A stretch of DNA of 64,000 bases from Eledone cirrhosa (Eukaryota), in NCBI GenBank assembly GCA_964016885.1, contig OZ024761.1, positions 31,726,504 through 31,790,503 on the forward strand. The letters run 5' to 3'. Shown piece after piece: positions 37,910 through 52,043 of this stretch. The translations under genes and the position numbers were made by a program. Under the pieces are notes generated by a model that had not been told where the DNA came from, ran no database searches, and was given only the letters and a program-made list of their open reading frames with translations. The stretch's first letter is position 1. Each line of letters begins with the position of its first letter.

Positions 37910-38324
37910 TACGAGGGTCGGCTGAAAAGTTCCAAAGCTGTCCAGGATACTCTCATGGAATGACCAAATGAGGTTTATTTTTCAACATAGTTCCTGAAAG
38001 AAGAGTTGAAATGAATGCATGCAAGATTTCACAGCTCTAGCATCACTCCTTCATAGTCAGCTAATGAACTTTTCAGTCCAGCCTCATGGTGTGGTGTGGT
38101 GTGGTGTGGTGTACGAAGGTCGGTCGAAAAGTTCATAAGCTGACCAAGATACTCTCATGGGCGGACCAAATGAGGTATATTTTTTCAATATAGTCCCTGG
38201 AAAGAAACAATGCAGTTTAATATTACTCTCTAAAATGCTCGGTTAGCTTAAGAAGGGTTGAAATTAATGCATGCAAGATTTCACAGCTCTAACATCTCTC
38301 CTTCTTAATCAACCGACCCTCGTA
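37910..38324. mobile_element. Two tandem mariner-type MITEs (third copy at 1722-1924)
   Basis: TIR tacgagggtcgg(c/t)tgaaaagttc ... cgaccctcgta, with a shared internal gatactctcatggaatgaccaaatgagg. Confidence 0.7.
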
Positions 38325-39399
38325 CAAATTTAATTGATGGAGTAAAAAAGTTTTTTTTTTTGTTTTTTGTTTTTTAAATATCAAAATTATGAGAAAGTTA
38401 AAATTTCATCGAAATTTTCAGTACAGAAAAATAGTTTAAATAATAGGGCAAATAACACCACCACCACACGCCCTGGGCGGGGGAAAATGGACATTAGTAC
38501 GCCTTTTTCTTGCTCTTGCTCGACGAGGCCAAGGTCATCCTAAGCCAATGATTCGAAAGCATTGTCGTGCGTAGAGCCGACCAGGTTCACGAGAGCCCTC
38601 CATCGGTGGCAGTCCCGTGCCAGCTCCTCTGCATCCTCTAAGGCAGGCATGGAGAACCTTTTTCGAGAAGCGGGCCGCATGATATATGACTCATCAGGCG
38701 GGCCGCATGATATATGACTCATCATCAGGCGGGCCGCAAGCACTAATTTACATTCGTGCCCACATTAAAAAAAGGGCGGTAACTCAGGTTGTTTTCCTCT
38801 GTGTCTTCAGAATTCATACACGTTGTTTTCCTCGATCGTAAAAATGATAGAAAGATAAATTACGACTGAAAAGTTGGGGTAAAAAAAATTAAAAAGATTT
38901 CACTTGGGTGACTTAAGCGAGCCATTCAGAAAGCTTCGCGAGCTGCATGTGGCCGATGACTGCTCTAAGGTGATGTCGAGCCTCCGAACATCTTACCTGG
39001 TGTGGGGCCTGCTGCGGAGCCTCTTCCAGCCTTCAGCCACAGTGTCGAACGAGAGTAAGGCTCTGGTAGGATGATATCGATATAACTTCAATTTTCTCAT
39101 AAATTTCAAAATGTGCTCATCGTTTCTAAACACAAGTTCGTTTGTATAAAAAAAAATATGTCTGAAAGCCTCTGTGACATTAGTAACTGATACAATTAAA
39201 AATACTGGAGTAAAGGTATTAAAGAACTTATCAAAATATTTATGATGTCTTCTGTAGCTCTAGTTACTTATGCAAGTGAAACTATGGGACTGACAAAATT
39301 AAAAAAAACTACCAGAACAGAACACTTTTGTGTAATATTAGAACCGTGTGCAATCAGTCGTAGTGTTAGAAAACTATAATCTGGCTTCTTAATGTCTGT

Positions 39400-40650
39400 G
39401 ACATGTTCTGGGTCATTAGAATCGTGCGCATATGGAATTACAAGAGACCTGTAAAGCTAACAGGATCTCTGATACCTCTGGGTCAAGAGCAACGTGAGCA
39501 ATTGGAAATACGGATATAGAACTGTAAAGCTAACGAAATGCGTATGACGTCTTAGTAGGTAAGTGGAATTACTGGTACAAGAGACCTGTAGAGCTAACTG
39601 AATCTCTGATACCCCTGGGCCATTAGTATCGTGAGCAAAGGGAAATACGCGTACAGGAGATCAGTAGAACTAACTAGATCTCTGATACCCTCTGGGTCAT
39701 TAGCATCAGGCGAAAAGAGGAAATACGGATACAAGAGACCTATAAATTTAAGGGATTCTATATGACAGCTTCTGGGTCATTAAAATGGTGTGCAAGTGGA
39801 ATTCTGGGTACAGGAGATCTGTAAAGCTGACTGAATTTGTATAATATCCCTGGGTCATGAGCAGCGTGGGTAAGTGGAAATACGGGTACAGGAAACCTCT
39901 AAAGCTAAATAAATTTGTATAATACCCTTGGGTTATTAGACTCGTGGGCAAGGGGAATTAAGGGTACGGGGGCCTGTAAATCTAACTAAAATTCTGATAC
40001 TCCAGGGCCATTAATACCGTGGGCACGTGCTATTATTAGTACAGGGGGCCTGTAAAGCGAACTGAAATTCTGACACCCCTGGGCCATTAATACCGTGGGC
40101 ACGTGCTATTATAGGTACAGGAGGCTTGTAAAGCGAACTGAAATTCTGACACCCTTGGGCCATTAATACCGTGGGCACGTGCTATTATAGGTACAGGAGG
40201 CTTGTAAAGCGAACTGAAATTCTGACACCCTTGGGCCATTAATACCGTGGGCACGTGCTATTATAGGTACAGGAGGCTTGTAAAGCGAACTGAAATTCTG
40301 ACACCCTTGGGCCATTAATACCGTGGGCACGTGCTATTATAGGTACAGGAGGCTTGTAAAGCGAACTGAAATTCTGACACCCTTGGGCCATTAATACCGT
40401 GGGCACGTGCTATTATAGGTACAGGAGGCTTGTAAAGCGAACTGAAATTCTGACACCCTTGGGCCATTAATATCGTGGGCACGTCTATTATAGGTACAGG
40501 AGGCTTGTAAAGCGAACTGAAATTCTGACACCCTTGGGCCATTAATATCGTGGGCACGTCTATTATAGGCACATGAGACCTGTAAAGCTAACTGAATCTA
40601 TATGATAGCCCTGGGTCAATAGTATCATGAGCAAGGGTGGGATACTGGTG
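39400..40650. repeat. 76-bp tandem repeat with a homogeneous core and diverged flanking units
   Basis: gggccattaa at 40081, 40157, 40233, 40309 and onward; degenerate units from about 39400. Confidence 0.88.
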
Positions 40651-41337
40651 TAAATGAACTTTTATAATCATTCTCATTGCATAACATTAATGTGCTTCTA
40701 CCATAGATGAATTAATGTTTAAGCATGAAATACTGGGTGTAGTGAAATAAAACGACACCAGTTTCACCACTTTTTTATGCATGTTCACGATTGTTTATAC
40801 ACGCGTATATACATATTTATCTATACACACACTCACACTCACACACACACAGACACACATTACCTACCTACCTACCAAAGTACTTATGTATGTATATAGG
40901 AAAAGAGACAGGACCCCGACGGTTGAGCTCCGGCCGTTTCGACAGCTAGATCCAAACTAAACCAGTAGTATTAGGACGGCAGGGACCTAAGGGAACAGTC
41001 CATATATGGGCATGTAATCAAAACAGAGTAGACGTAAGATATCAAACAATCCTAAAAATTGTGGTTTTTCTTGTCTAAGTTCACCTTGGTCCCAGCTGTC
41101 GGGGTCCTGACTCTTTTCCTATTACCCACTCTACTACTCTAAGTATCGAGTACTCTAGTGCGTTATGGGCCACCTGGTTCCTTACCATACTGTCTTTATG
41201 TATATATATATATTCAAAATAGGGAGCACACAGGACAAAGACAACGAAAAGACGGACAGTCCCATCTCCTCAGTCAACCTCTAGAAATCACTACGGTTTC
41301 GGTTATTTTAAGGTGGATACCATACATTCCAACACAC

Positions 41338-41399
<62 letters not shown>

Positions 41400-42689
41400 A
41401 TAATAATAAATTTGAAGACTAAAATCCAAAGAGGGCTCGATAAGGATAAATATATATCAAATAAATAAGAACCGTAGAGCAAATATTTATTAAAATAACA
41501 TATATATATATGTATATATAATATATATTATTATTATTAGAAAGTGAGGTTTTTTTACAAAATGAAAGAAATCGAGGTGACACGAGTGAAAGTATAAGGA
41601 AAAAAGATGAAATCGAAAATGCAACTGGAGTCTTTTTTTTTTATATATTTATTTGGTTCCTTTACCGGTTTCGCAGTTCTTGTGCTTTTCAAAAGTAGAA
41701 TTGAGATGGAGGGTTTGTGGTTTTTCTCGTATATCTGTGTTGTTATGTAAATAGGATCAGCTTTTCTAACAAACCTTTTATATTATCATATTTCCTTATT
41801 AATCCTTCATATTATGTCTGGAACAATAAGCCATTACTACCTTTATTCTGAGGATGGGGTTGTGAAGGTCTCAAAACATTATTAAACCTATAGATTCAAA
41901 AACAGTTTTATTTAAAGTACTAATAATGTATCCTCTTCTTCTTCTGCGGTCCAAGTATCCTTGCTTTTTCCCTCCTTTTCCACTGATAGCATTTGTAGTC
42001 CTTCCCTCTACTTTCCCATATAGTCAGATCTTCCCTTCTTTACCCCTTCCCCTTTTTCTCATTAGCTTAATTTTAGTTTTATCTTTCTGAGTGAATAATT
42101 GTTTCTACTTTTGGCACAAGGCCAGCAATTTCCCCCAGTGCATCACTGGTACTTTATTTAATTGTTTCTACTTTAGGCACAAGGCCAGCAATTACCCAGT
42201 GCGTTACTGGTACTTTATTTCATCGACCCCGTAAGGATGAAAGGCAAAGTCAACCTCGGCGGGATTTGAACTCAGATCGTAAAGGGACGTAACTATGCTG
42301 GAAAGCATGGTGTCCGACCGTCTACCGATACTGCCAATCCACCGCCCTTTATTTAATGGACCCCGGTGAGGATGAAAAGTATTATTATTGTTCACTCACG
42401 AATGCAGTTAGGTATCCACCATGTTAGAGCGAAAACAAATTTAGTTTTATCTTTATTTTTCGTAAACAAAATAATACTGATAATGAAAATTATTGTATAC
42501 AGTGCTCAGGTGCACTACAACTCATCAAATGTGCCTGTATCGTACATAGAATAATGTACAAATGTCAGAAAAGTGAACAGTGTCTGAGTCATGATATACA
42601 TAGAAATTATATATATATACATATATATATAAATTAATAAAAATAATGAATAAACAAAGAAACAGTTCCTTATATTAAAAAATTCATCA

Positions 42690-42808
42690 TTTTACGATCG
42701 TTTCTAGGATATATATGTTAGTGTTGGTATGCATATCATATGTAAAATTTTTATAAACTATCAGAAGGAATATACATACCTACACATATATATGCTGTCT
42801 TCAGAAAA
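42690..42808 (-). ncRNA. Type I hammerhead ribozyme with a ~90-nt extended stem II
   Basis: tttt-CTGAAGA-[atatatatgt..gtatgtatat...atatgcatac..acatatatat]-GAAACGATCGTA-aaa. Palindromic stem III. Confidence 0.6.
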
Positions 42809-43044
42809 AATATACATATATATATATAGAGAGAGAGGGGGGGGGGGGAGTCAGGGTCCCGACATCTGAGCTCCGGCCGTTTAGACTATTTTCATATTCC
42901 TCACTCTACTACCCTAAGTATTGAGTACTCTGGTGCACCTGGTTCCACACCACACTGCCTGATAAACTAAAGTACCAGTAATGCACTGGTAAATTGCTGG
43001 TCTTGTGCCTAAAGTAGAAACAGTTATATATATATGTGTGTGTG

Positions 43045-46000
43045 TGTGTGTGTACATGTATGTATATCTGATTATGTGTGTACATGTATGTATATCTGAT
43101 TCTGTGTGTACATGTATGTATATAAGATTCTGTGTGTACATGTATGTATATCTGATTCTGTGTGTACATGTATGTATATCTGATTCTGTGTGTACATGTA
43201 TGTATATCTGATTCTGTGTGTACATGTATATATATCTGATTCTATGTGTACATGTATGTATATCTGATTCTGTGTGTACATGTATGTATATCTGATTCTG
43301 TGTGTACATGTATGTATATAAGATTATGTGTGTACATGTATGTATATCTGATTCTGTGTGTACATGTATGTATATCTGATTCTGTGTGTACATGTATATA
43401 TATCTGATTCTATGTGTACATGTATGTATATCTGATTCTGTGTGTACATGTATGTATATCTGATTCTGTGTGTACATGTATATATATCTGATTCTATGTG
43501 TACATGTATGTATATCTGATTCTGTGTGTACATGTATGTATATCTGATTCTGTGTGTACATATATATATATAAGATTATGTGTGTACATGTATGTATATC
43601 TGATTCTGTTTGTACATGTATGTATATCTGATTATGTGTGTACATGTATGTATATCTGATTCTGTGTGTACATGTATATATATCTTATTCTGTGTGTACA
43701 TGTATATATATCTGATTCTGTGTGTACATGTATATATATCTGATTCTGAGTGTACATGTATATATATCTGATTCTGAGTGTACATGTATATATATCTGAT
43801 TCTGAGTGTACATGTATATATATCTGATTCTGTGTGTACATGTATATATATCTGATTCTATGTGTACATGTATGTATATCTGATTCTGTGTGTTCATGTA
43901 TGTATATAAGATTATGTGTGTACATGTATGTATATCTGATTCTGTGTGTACATGTATATATATCTGATTCTATATGTACATGTATGTATATCTGATTATG
44001 TGTGTACATGTATGTATATCTGATTCTGTGTGTACATGTATGTATATCTGATTATGTGTATACATGTATGTATATCTGATTCTGAGTGTACATGTATGTA
44101 TATCTGATTCTGTGTGTACATGTATGTATATCTGATTATGTGTGTATACATGTATATATATCTGATTATGTGTGTACATGTATGTATATCTGATTATGTG
44201 TGTACATGTATGTATATCTGATTCTGTGTATACATGTATGTATATCTGATTCTGAGTGTACATGTATATATATCTTATTCTGTGTGTACATGTATGTATA
44301 TCTGATTCTGTGTGTACATGTATGTATATCTGATTATGTGTGTATACATGTATGTATATATGATTCTGTGTGTACATGTATGTATATAAGATTCTATGTG
44401 TACATGTATGTATATCTGATTCTGTGTGCACATGTATGTATATCTGATTCTGTGTGTACATGTATGTATATCTGATTCTGTGTGTACATGTATGTATATC
44501 TGATTCTGAGTGTACATGTATGTATATCTGATTCTGTGTGTACATGTATGTATATCTGATTCTGTGTGTACATGTATGTATATATGATTCTGTGTGTACA
44601 TGTATGTATATCTGATTCTGTGTGTACATGTATGTATATAAGATTCTGAGTGTACATGTATGTATATCTGATTATGTGTGTACATGTATGTATATCTGAT
44701 TATGTGTGTACATGTATGTATATCTGATTCTGTGTGTACATGTATGTATATCTGATTCTGTGTGTACATGTATGTATATCTGATTCTGAGTGTACATGTA
44801 TGTATATCTGATTCTGTGTGTACATGTGTATATATCTGATTCTGTGTGTACATGTATGTATATAAGATTATGTGTGTACATGTATGTATATCTGATTATG
44901 TGTGTACATGTATGTATATCTGATTCTGTGTGTACATGTATGTATATCTGATTCTGTGTGTACATGTATATATATCTGATTATATCTGTACATGTATATA
45001 TATCTGATTCTGTGTGTACATGTATGTATATCTGATTCTGTGTGTACATGTATATATATCTGATTCTGTGTGTACATGTATGTATATAAGATTATGTGTG
45101 TACATGTATGTATATAAGATTATGTGTGTACATGTATGTATATCTGATTCTATGTGTACATGTATGTATATCTGATTCTGTGTGTACATGTATGTATATC
45201 TGATTATGTGTGTACATGTATGTATATCTGATTCTGTGTGTACATGCATGTATATCTGATTCTGTGTGTACATGTATATATATCTGATTCTGTGTGTACA
45301 TGTATGTATATCTGATTATGTGTGTACATGTATATATATCTGATTCTGTGTGTACATGTATGTATATCTGATTCTGTGTGTACATGTATATATACCTGAT
45401 TATGTGTGTACATGTATATATATCTGATTATGTGTGTAGATGTATATATATCTGATTATGTGTGTACATGTATATATATCTGATTATGTGTGTACATGTA
45501 TATATATCTGATTATGTGTACATGTATGTATATCTGATTCTGTGTGTACATGTATATATATCTGATTATGTGTGTACATGTATATATATCTGATTATGTG
45601 TGTACATGTATATATATCTGATTATGTGTACATGTATGTATATCTGATTCTGTGTGTACATGTATATATATCTGATTATGTGTGTACATGTATGTATATC
45701 TGATTCTGTGTGTACATGTATGTATATCTGATTCTGTGTGTACATGTATGTATATCTGATTCTGTGTGTACATGTATGTATATCTGATTCTCTGTGTACA
45801 TGTATGTATATATGATTCTGTGTGTACATGTATATATATATATGATTCTGTGTGTACATGTATGTATATCTGATTCTCTGTGTACATGTATGTATATATG
45901 ATTCTCTGTGTACATGTATATATATAAGATTCTGTGTGTACATGTATATATATAAGATTCTGTGTGTACATGTATGTATATCTGATTCTATGCGTACATG

Positions 46001-46478
46001 TATGTATATCTGATTCTGTGTGTACATGTATGTATATCTGATTCTGTGTGTACATGTATGTATATCTGATTCTGTGTGTACATGTATGTATATCTGATTC
46101 TCTGTGTACATGTATGTATATATGATTCTGTGTGTACATGTATATATATCTGATTCTGTGTGTACATGTATGTATATCTGATTCTCTGTGTACATGTATG
46201 TATATATGATTCTCTGTGTACATGTATATATATAAGATTCTGTGTGTACATGTATGTATATCTGATTCTATGCGTACATGTATGTATATCTGATTCTGTG
46301 TGTACATGTATGTATATCTGATTCTATGCGTACATGTATATATATCTGATTCTATGTGTACATGTATATATATAAGATTCTGTGTGTACATGTATATATA
46401 TAAGATTCTGTGTGTACATGTATGTATATCTGATTCTATGCGTACATGTATATATATCTGATTCTGTGTGTACATGTA
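43045..46478. repeat. 28-bp minisatellite (TGTGTGTACATGTATGTATATCTGATTC)
   Basis: About 3.4 kb of direct repeats. Confidence 0.95.
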
Positions 46479-46556
46479 TTTTTTCCGTTATTTTAATTCA
46501 GCCTCACTTTGATTTTTAATAGATCTTAATTTCAAATCTTATATCCATAACATAAA

Positions 46557-46629
46557 TATTTCTTCTGATGAACGCACTGGACGCTTCTGTTAAGATCGTC
46601 TAGTTCCTGAAACCTTTGGTAATGGAATA
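46557..46629 (+). ncRNA. Type I hammerhead ribozyme, family of 23070
   Basis: CTGATGA at 46565; stem II actggacg...cgtctagt; GAAACCTTTGGTA-atggaata. Confidence 0.65.
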
Positions 46630-46701
46630 ACTATATTGTGTTGTTAATTATGTACTATACATGTAGCACTCTTCTTTCCTGTGCCTTTTCTACGGAAGTA
46701 C

Positions 46702-46744
<43 letters not shown>

Positions 46745-46751
<7 letters not shown>

Positions 46752-46961
46752 TTGCAAGGTTTTTGATATGAAATCATGTGTCGAAACAAATATTGTTATA
46801 CTTGGGGAGGGTCATATTGTCATAATGCCAGAAATAATAACAGAACACACTCACAGTGAGTGTGTTCTGTTATTATTTCTGGCAATATTATAACAATATG
46901 ACTCTCCCCAAGTATAACAATATTTGTTTCGACACATGATTTCATATCAAAAACCTTGCAA

Positions 46962-46968
<7 letters not shown>
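46745..46968. repeat. About 220-bp palindrome between (TA)n tracts, related to the inverted repeat at 23201-23468
   Basis: Arms are reverse complements around cactcac-a-gtgagtg; both share tattgttatact(t/g)ggga. Confidence 0.85.
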
Positions 46969-47000
<32 letters not shown>

Positions 47001-47182
47001 GTTTTTTTTTCGTTTTTCTGGTCCTAGAGGCTCGCATTTCGGTCTTCAATTTGCATAGCTGTCTAAACGTAATGTTATAACTATAAGGTAAAATTCCTTA
47101 TTGAGTGCTTTTGGCTGCACTTCCCGTCTGCATTCGTTAGCTTGCCCGCAACCAGAGCTTCGATTATGCTGTACTACCTTCT

Positions 47183-47216
<34 letters not shown>

Positions 47217-47373
47217 GTTATTATAACTATATATATATATATTTAGTTATTATAACTATATATATATATATTTAGTTATTATAACTATATATATATTTAT
47301 TTAGTTATTATAACTAATAAGCTCTGTAGCCTACATAGAGCACTCTTTTTTCCTGTACCTTTCTGACGGAATT

Positions 47374-47436
<63 letters not shown>

Positions 47437-47475
47437 ATATTGAATAAATGGAAACTATATTTATAACACCATATT

Positions 47476-47540
47476 TATTTTATTATATATATTTCAAGGG
47501 CAACCAAGACAACATTGGTACGCTTTCATCAGATAAAATA
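47476..47540 (-). ncRNA. Type I hammerhead ribozyme, family of 10095
   Basis: tattttat-CTGATGA-aag..ACCAA tgttgtc TTGGT..ctt-GAAATATATATA-ataaaata. Confidence 0.72.
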
Positions 47541-48644
47541 CAAAGTTTGTTTTATAAATAGAGACGTACCCATGAAAATCATACCTTATCAGTTGGAAAT
47601 TCACTGAATAGTGAATTTCCAACCAATGTTGTCTTGGTACCCTAGAAATATATATAATAAAATAAAATAAATATAGTTTTATAAATATAGTTTCCATTTA
47701 TTTAATATCATTGAATATTTACTCCAGTTAGCTGTTGAGTGCTCTAAATCAGTTATAAACATTTATATTTGTCGGACTTCCCACAAATTAAATACCCCTT
47801 CTACTTATATATATATATATATATACTCTTTTACCTGTTTCAGCCATCCGGCTGAGGCCATGCTGGGGCACCTCTGGACCGAGACCTTTGGCGGTACTCA
47901 GTAATAGAGAAGACCCGCCTTACCTAAATACAAAGTAAAACCTACTACAGCCAGTAGGCATCTCTAACTAAATACATCCCCGTCCCACCACCCCCACCCC
48001 ATCCACACCGCCCCTTCAATGTAAAGTTATGTTGGTGCCACAACATCCAGGCCGAAACAAATGAGATCGTGTAGACACAGTCCACGCTGTAATGTGGCCG
48101 TGTAGGCAACACGGTAAAAACCTCCCAGCCCCACACTGTAAATGTGGTTGGTGTTAGGAAGGGCATCCAGCTGTAGAAAACCTGCCAGACAGTCCACGCT
48201 GTAAGGTGGCCGTGTAGGCAACACGGTAAAAACCTCCCAGCCCCACACTGTAAATGTGGTTGGTGTTCGGAAGGGCATCCAGCTGTAGAAAACCCGCCAG
48301 ACAGTCCTATGCGAGCAAGATAATCACTCTTGCCTCAAGTGGGAAAACCCCCCGTCCAAACCCATGCAAGCGTGGAACACGGACGTTAAACGTTGATGAT
48401 GATGATGATATATATATATATAATAGAGAGAGACGTGACTTAATTACAAGGATTTTTTTTTACTGATTTGTTGTTTTCTGTTGAATACCAAAAACCTCAA
48501 AATCAAATAATAAAATGTGAACTGTGACATGTTTTTTACATGCATTCCAGATTTATAGTGATTTTATAGATAAGATAACTGCGTATATTGCTACTGAAAA
48601 TAAGATACTGCTGTACACAGCTACTGAATATATGAGATATATCT

Positions 48645-48817
48645 ACCGTATTTCCCGGCGCCGAAGACGCGTCGTCCTCTAGGACGTACCCTAATTTTCA
48701 CAAAGTAAAAATTTGAAAAAAAAATAATAAACAACCTTCGGCCTCCAGGACACATGGTAGATTTTTTAGACTTATTTTAGGGGGAAAAGTAGCGTCTTTG
48801 ACGCCGAGAAATACGGT
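48645..48817. mobile_element. Pogo/Tigger-like MITE
   Basis: TIR taccgtatttcccggcgccgaagacgc / gcgtctttgacgccgagaaatacggta. Confidence 0.7.
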
Positions 48818-49794
48818 AAGTACAATAGTCTTAGTCGTAGGTTCTTCTGCGCCATCGAGCAGTAAGTACTTGCCAACGGTCACGATAAAGGGCGGATTTT
48901 TCGCGTCCGTGCCAAGTGTTGTTGGCTCCCATCAGGTCTTTTCGGAACGTTCGTCGCCATGTGATCCTGGGGCAACCACACCTCCGTTTGCCGCCAGGTG
49001 GAGTCAAGTTCATCGCTGTTTTTGAGTGTCGTTCGTCGGGCATGCGCAGAGCAATAGTTCTGGGCTGAAAAGAATGATTGCGCTGATGCACAATATTTAG
49101 GACAAGTTTATAAATGCAACAGCAGTGCTTATACATTGTTAAACAGAATTACCTAAAAGTGAAAAAAAAAAAAAAAAAAAATCTTAAGGGAGATAACTCT
49201 CAACATTATATCAGGGGAGATAACTTGTGTAATAGATAAATGCTAAAATGCAAAAAAATATATATACTCGGGTCCTGAATAATAGGTGTGAATGGGTGGG
49301 TGGGAAATCGATAATTTTTTAGGTTGTCTCCCTTTATTTTAAAAATCAGAATTATTTGTTTAGTTTATAAATTTAGACCCCCAACCCATCTTAATTATTT
49401 TATAACGTATAAGGGCGGTGAATTGGCAGTATCGGTAGAGGGTCGGACGCCATGCTTTGACGCATAGAGTTACGGCCCTTGCCATTCTGAGTTGAAATCC
49501 TGCCGAGGTTAACTTTGCCTTTCATCCTTACGGGGTCGATAAAATAAAGTACCAGTAATCTACTGGGTAATTGTTGTCCTTGTGCCAAAAGTAGAAACAA
49601 TTATTTTATAACGTATGAGATCTCTTGTAATGTCTTCCATTCCTTCTTTCTCTCTCTATCTTTCTCTGGAAGAAATCTGGTGTATTCAGACTTGGAGGGA
49701 GGATAGATTCCGCCAGGGTTTTCTTTAATTACCCTAGAAACGTCGTATGTCAATACGGCGTCCCCTTCGATTCCCTCGAGTTATAGGACCACGC

Positions 49795-49878
<84 letters not shown>

Positions 49879-51719
49879 CCCAGAGAGAGAGAGAGACCGA
49901 CCGAAAGAAATCGCGAAACCTGTTAGAAATAGAAAATAAATCTTCCTTAGATCACAGCGCATCAACTTTTACAAATAAAGGATGGACACATATGATAATG
50001 TTCTATCTAGATACTGAAGGTCTGAAAAATTAAGATGGGATAGTTAAGATTGTATTTCATTAGAGATCTCTATCAAGTTAGTTTTCAAGCTTAAGAACAA
50101 TATAGGTTGCAGTTTCTAAGATAAGCTACTCATGACATCACAGTTTTGAAATTATCTCCCTTGCGTTAATAAAAATGTATATATAGGCTATATCCATCTG
50201 TTTATGGTGAGGCTGACAACGTTGTTAGACCTCAATGTGGCCTTGAAGAGATGGTTTTAATGAGATTAGGCGGTGAGTGCTATAGTTTTGGGACTCATTT
50301 CGCATTGTGTAAGGTTCCCTCGAGCATTCTACTCAAGCTACTCTTCTCTCCCTACCCCCTCTCTCTCCCTACCCCCCTCTCTCCCTACCCCCTCTCTCTC
50401 CCTACCTCCTCTCTCTCCCTACCCCCTATTATCTCTCTACCCCCTCTCTCCCTACCCCATCTTCTGTCGCTACCCACTCTTCTGCCCCTCTTCTCTCTCT
50501 CTCTCTCTCTCTCTTTTCTCTCTCGCTCTTCTCTCTTTCCCTCTCTCGAAAAGTTCAGCTTTTTCCTTTCCTTTCTCCAATCTTACACCACGAAATTTTA
50601 CTAAATGTGCCGCAAAATAAAAACTAAAATTAAGATGTGAAATTTATATATAGATAGATGTCAAAGTGACCATAGCGTGTATCACTGGCTTTAGTCCGCG
50701 GAGTTCAGCCCAAAAACCACCCTGCCCGAGGCCCAGAGCCCATAACCCTCTCCCCTCCTCCCCTTTTCCTTCTGTGGCCCTCAGAGTCTTTGCTTTTTTC
50801 CCTCCTTTACAGTCCTTTCCTCTAATTTCCCTTACAGCCAGATCTGCCCTTTTTTACCCCTTCCACTGTTTCTCATGACTTAATCTTGCTTATATCTTTC
50901 TTTTTTCATATTTATGTAATTATCAATGGTTTTAAAGCCAACTTTATAAAGTGAAGTTTAGTAACAAGATTTTCAAAAACATACCACAATCTGTTTACAA
51001 TAGTTTATAACTTTGCCTATTAATCCGTATGGTGAGCAAATGGGGTCCCACGTGCTGGCCCACCCACAGTCCCGGCGGACAGGATGGAGAGGACGTTTCC
51101 CCGAAGGATGATAAGTGAGATGCGCTGGAAGAGCCATTCCAAGTCGCGAGGCTCACATCTGCGGCTGGCTAGCTCAGCGCCTGTGGTGGTTAGGGGGAAA
51201 CGCCTTCTCCAACCGTCCATCCGTCCGCAGGGGCTGTGGAGAGGCCAGCACGTGGGGCCCCATTTGCTCACCACACGGATTAATAGGCAAAGTTATAAAC
51301 TATTGTAAATAAACCTATTTAAGTCATTAAAAAAAAAAATCTGTTTACTCTGTTGAATAAATTTTCAAACTTACGGTACAAAATGCGCCAGTATATTTTT
51401 ACTTTTTTCAAAACTGCTCCGTGAGTAAAAGAAAAAAAATGGTGGAACTACTGATCTAGTGTCTGGCGAATTAATCGTTAGAGCGTCGGTGGAATACTTT
51501 GTGCTATTCGTTTTGGCTCTCCGTTACTCTCTGAGTTCAAATATCGTTGAGGTTTGCTTTTCATCCTTTCGAGGTCGATGAAAATACAGTACCAGTCTAG
51601 TACTGGATTCGATTTTTCATTTAAAACTTTTCTTTTTTCTCACCCTCTCTTTCATTCTCGAGGGTGAATTGGCTGTGTTCAGAACTGGAGAGGGAATGGG
51701 CCGGAAGTGGTTCATGAAC

Positions 51720-51930
51720 GACGGGGTTTTGAAGACCGACGGGGTTTTGAAGACCGACGGGGTTTTGAAGACCGACGGGGTTTTGAAGACCGACGGGGTT
51801 TTGAAGACCGACGGGGTTTTGAAGACCGACGGGGTTTTGAAGACCGACGGGGTTTTGAAGACCGGCGGGGTTTTGAAGACCGGAGGGGTTTTGAAGACCG
51901 GAGGGGTTTTGAAGACCGGCGGAGTTTTGA
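51720..51930. repeat. 18-bp GC-rich tandem repeat (GACGGGGTTTTGAAGACC), about 12 units
   Basis: Direct observation. Confidence 0.92.
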
Positions 51931-52043
51931 CCAGTAATTTGAGGTACATTTGGCTGCTGTTTCTTGCAGTTCGTATTCCCATAAATATGTACAACTACTT
52001 GCTGTTATTGTTGTTGTTAATGATATTGATGTTGATGGTGTGA

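Noticed and set aside
42909-46475. Many HVHTESDIHTC-type ORFs
   Set aside because: Artefacts of the 28-bp minisatellite.
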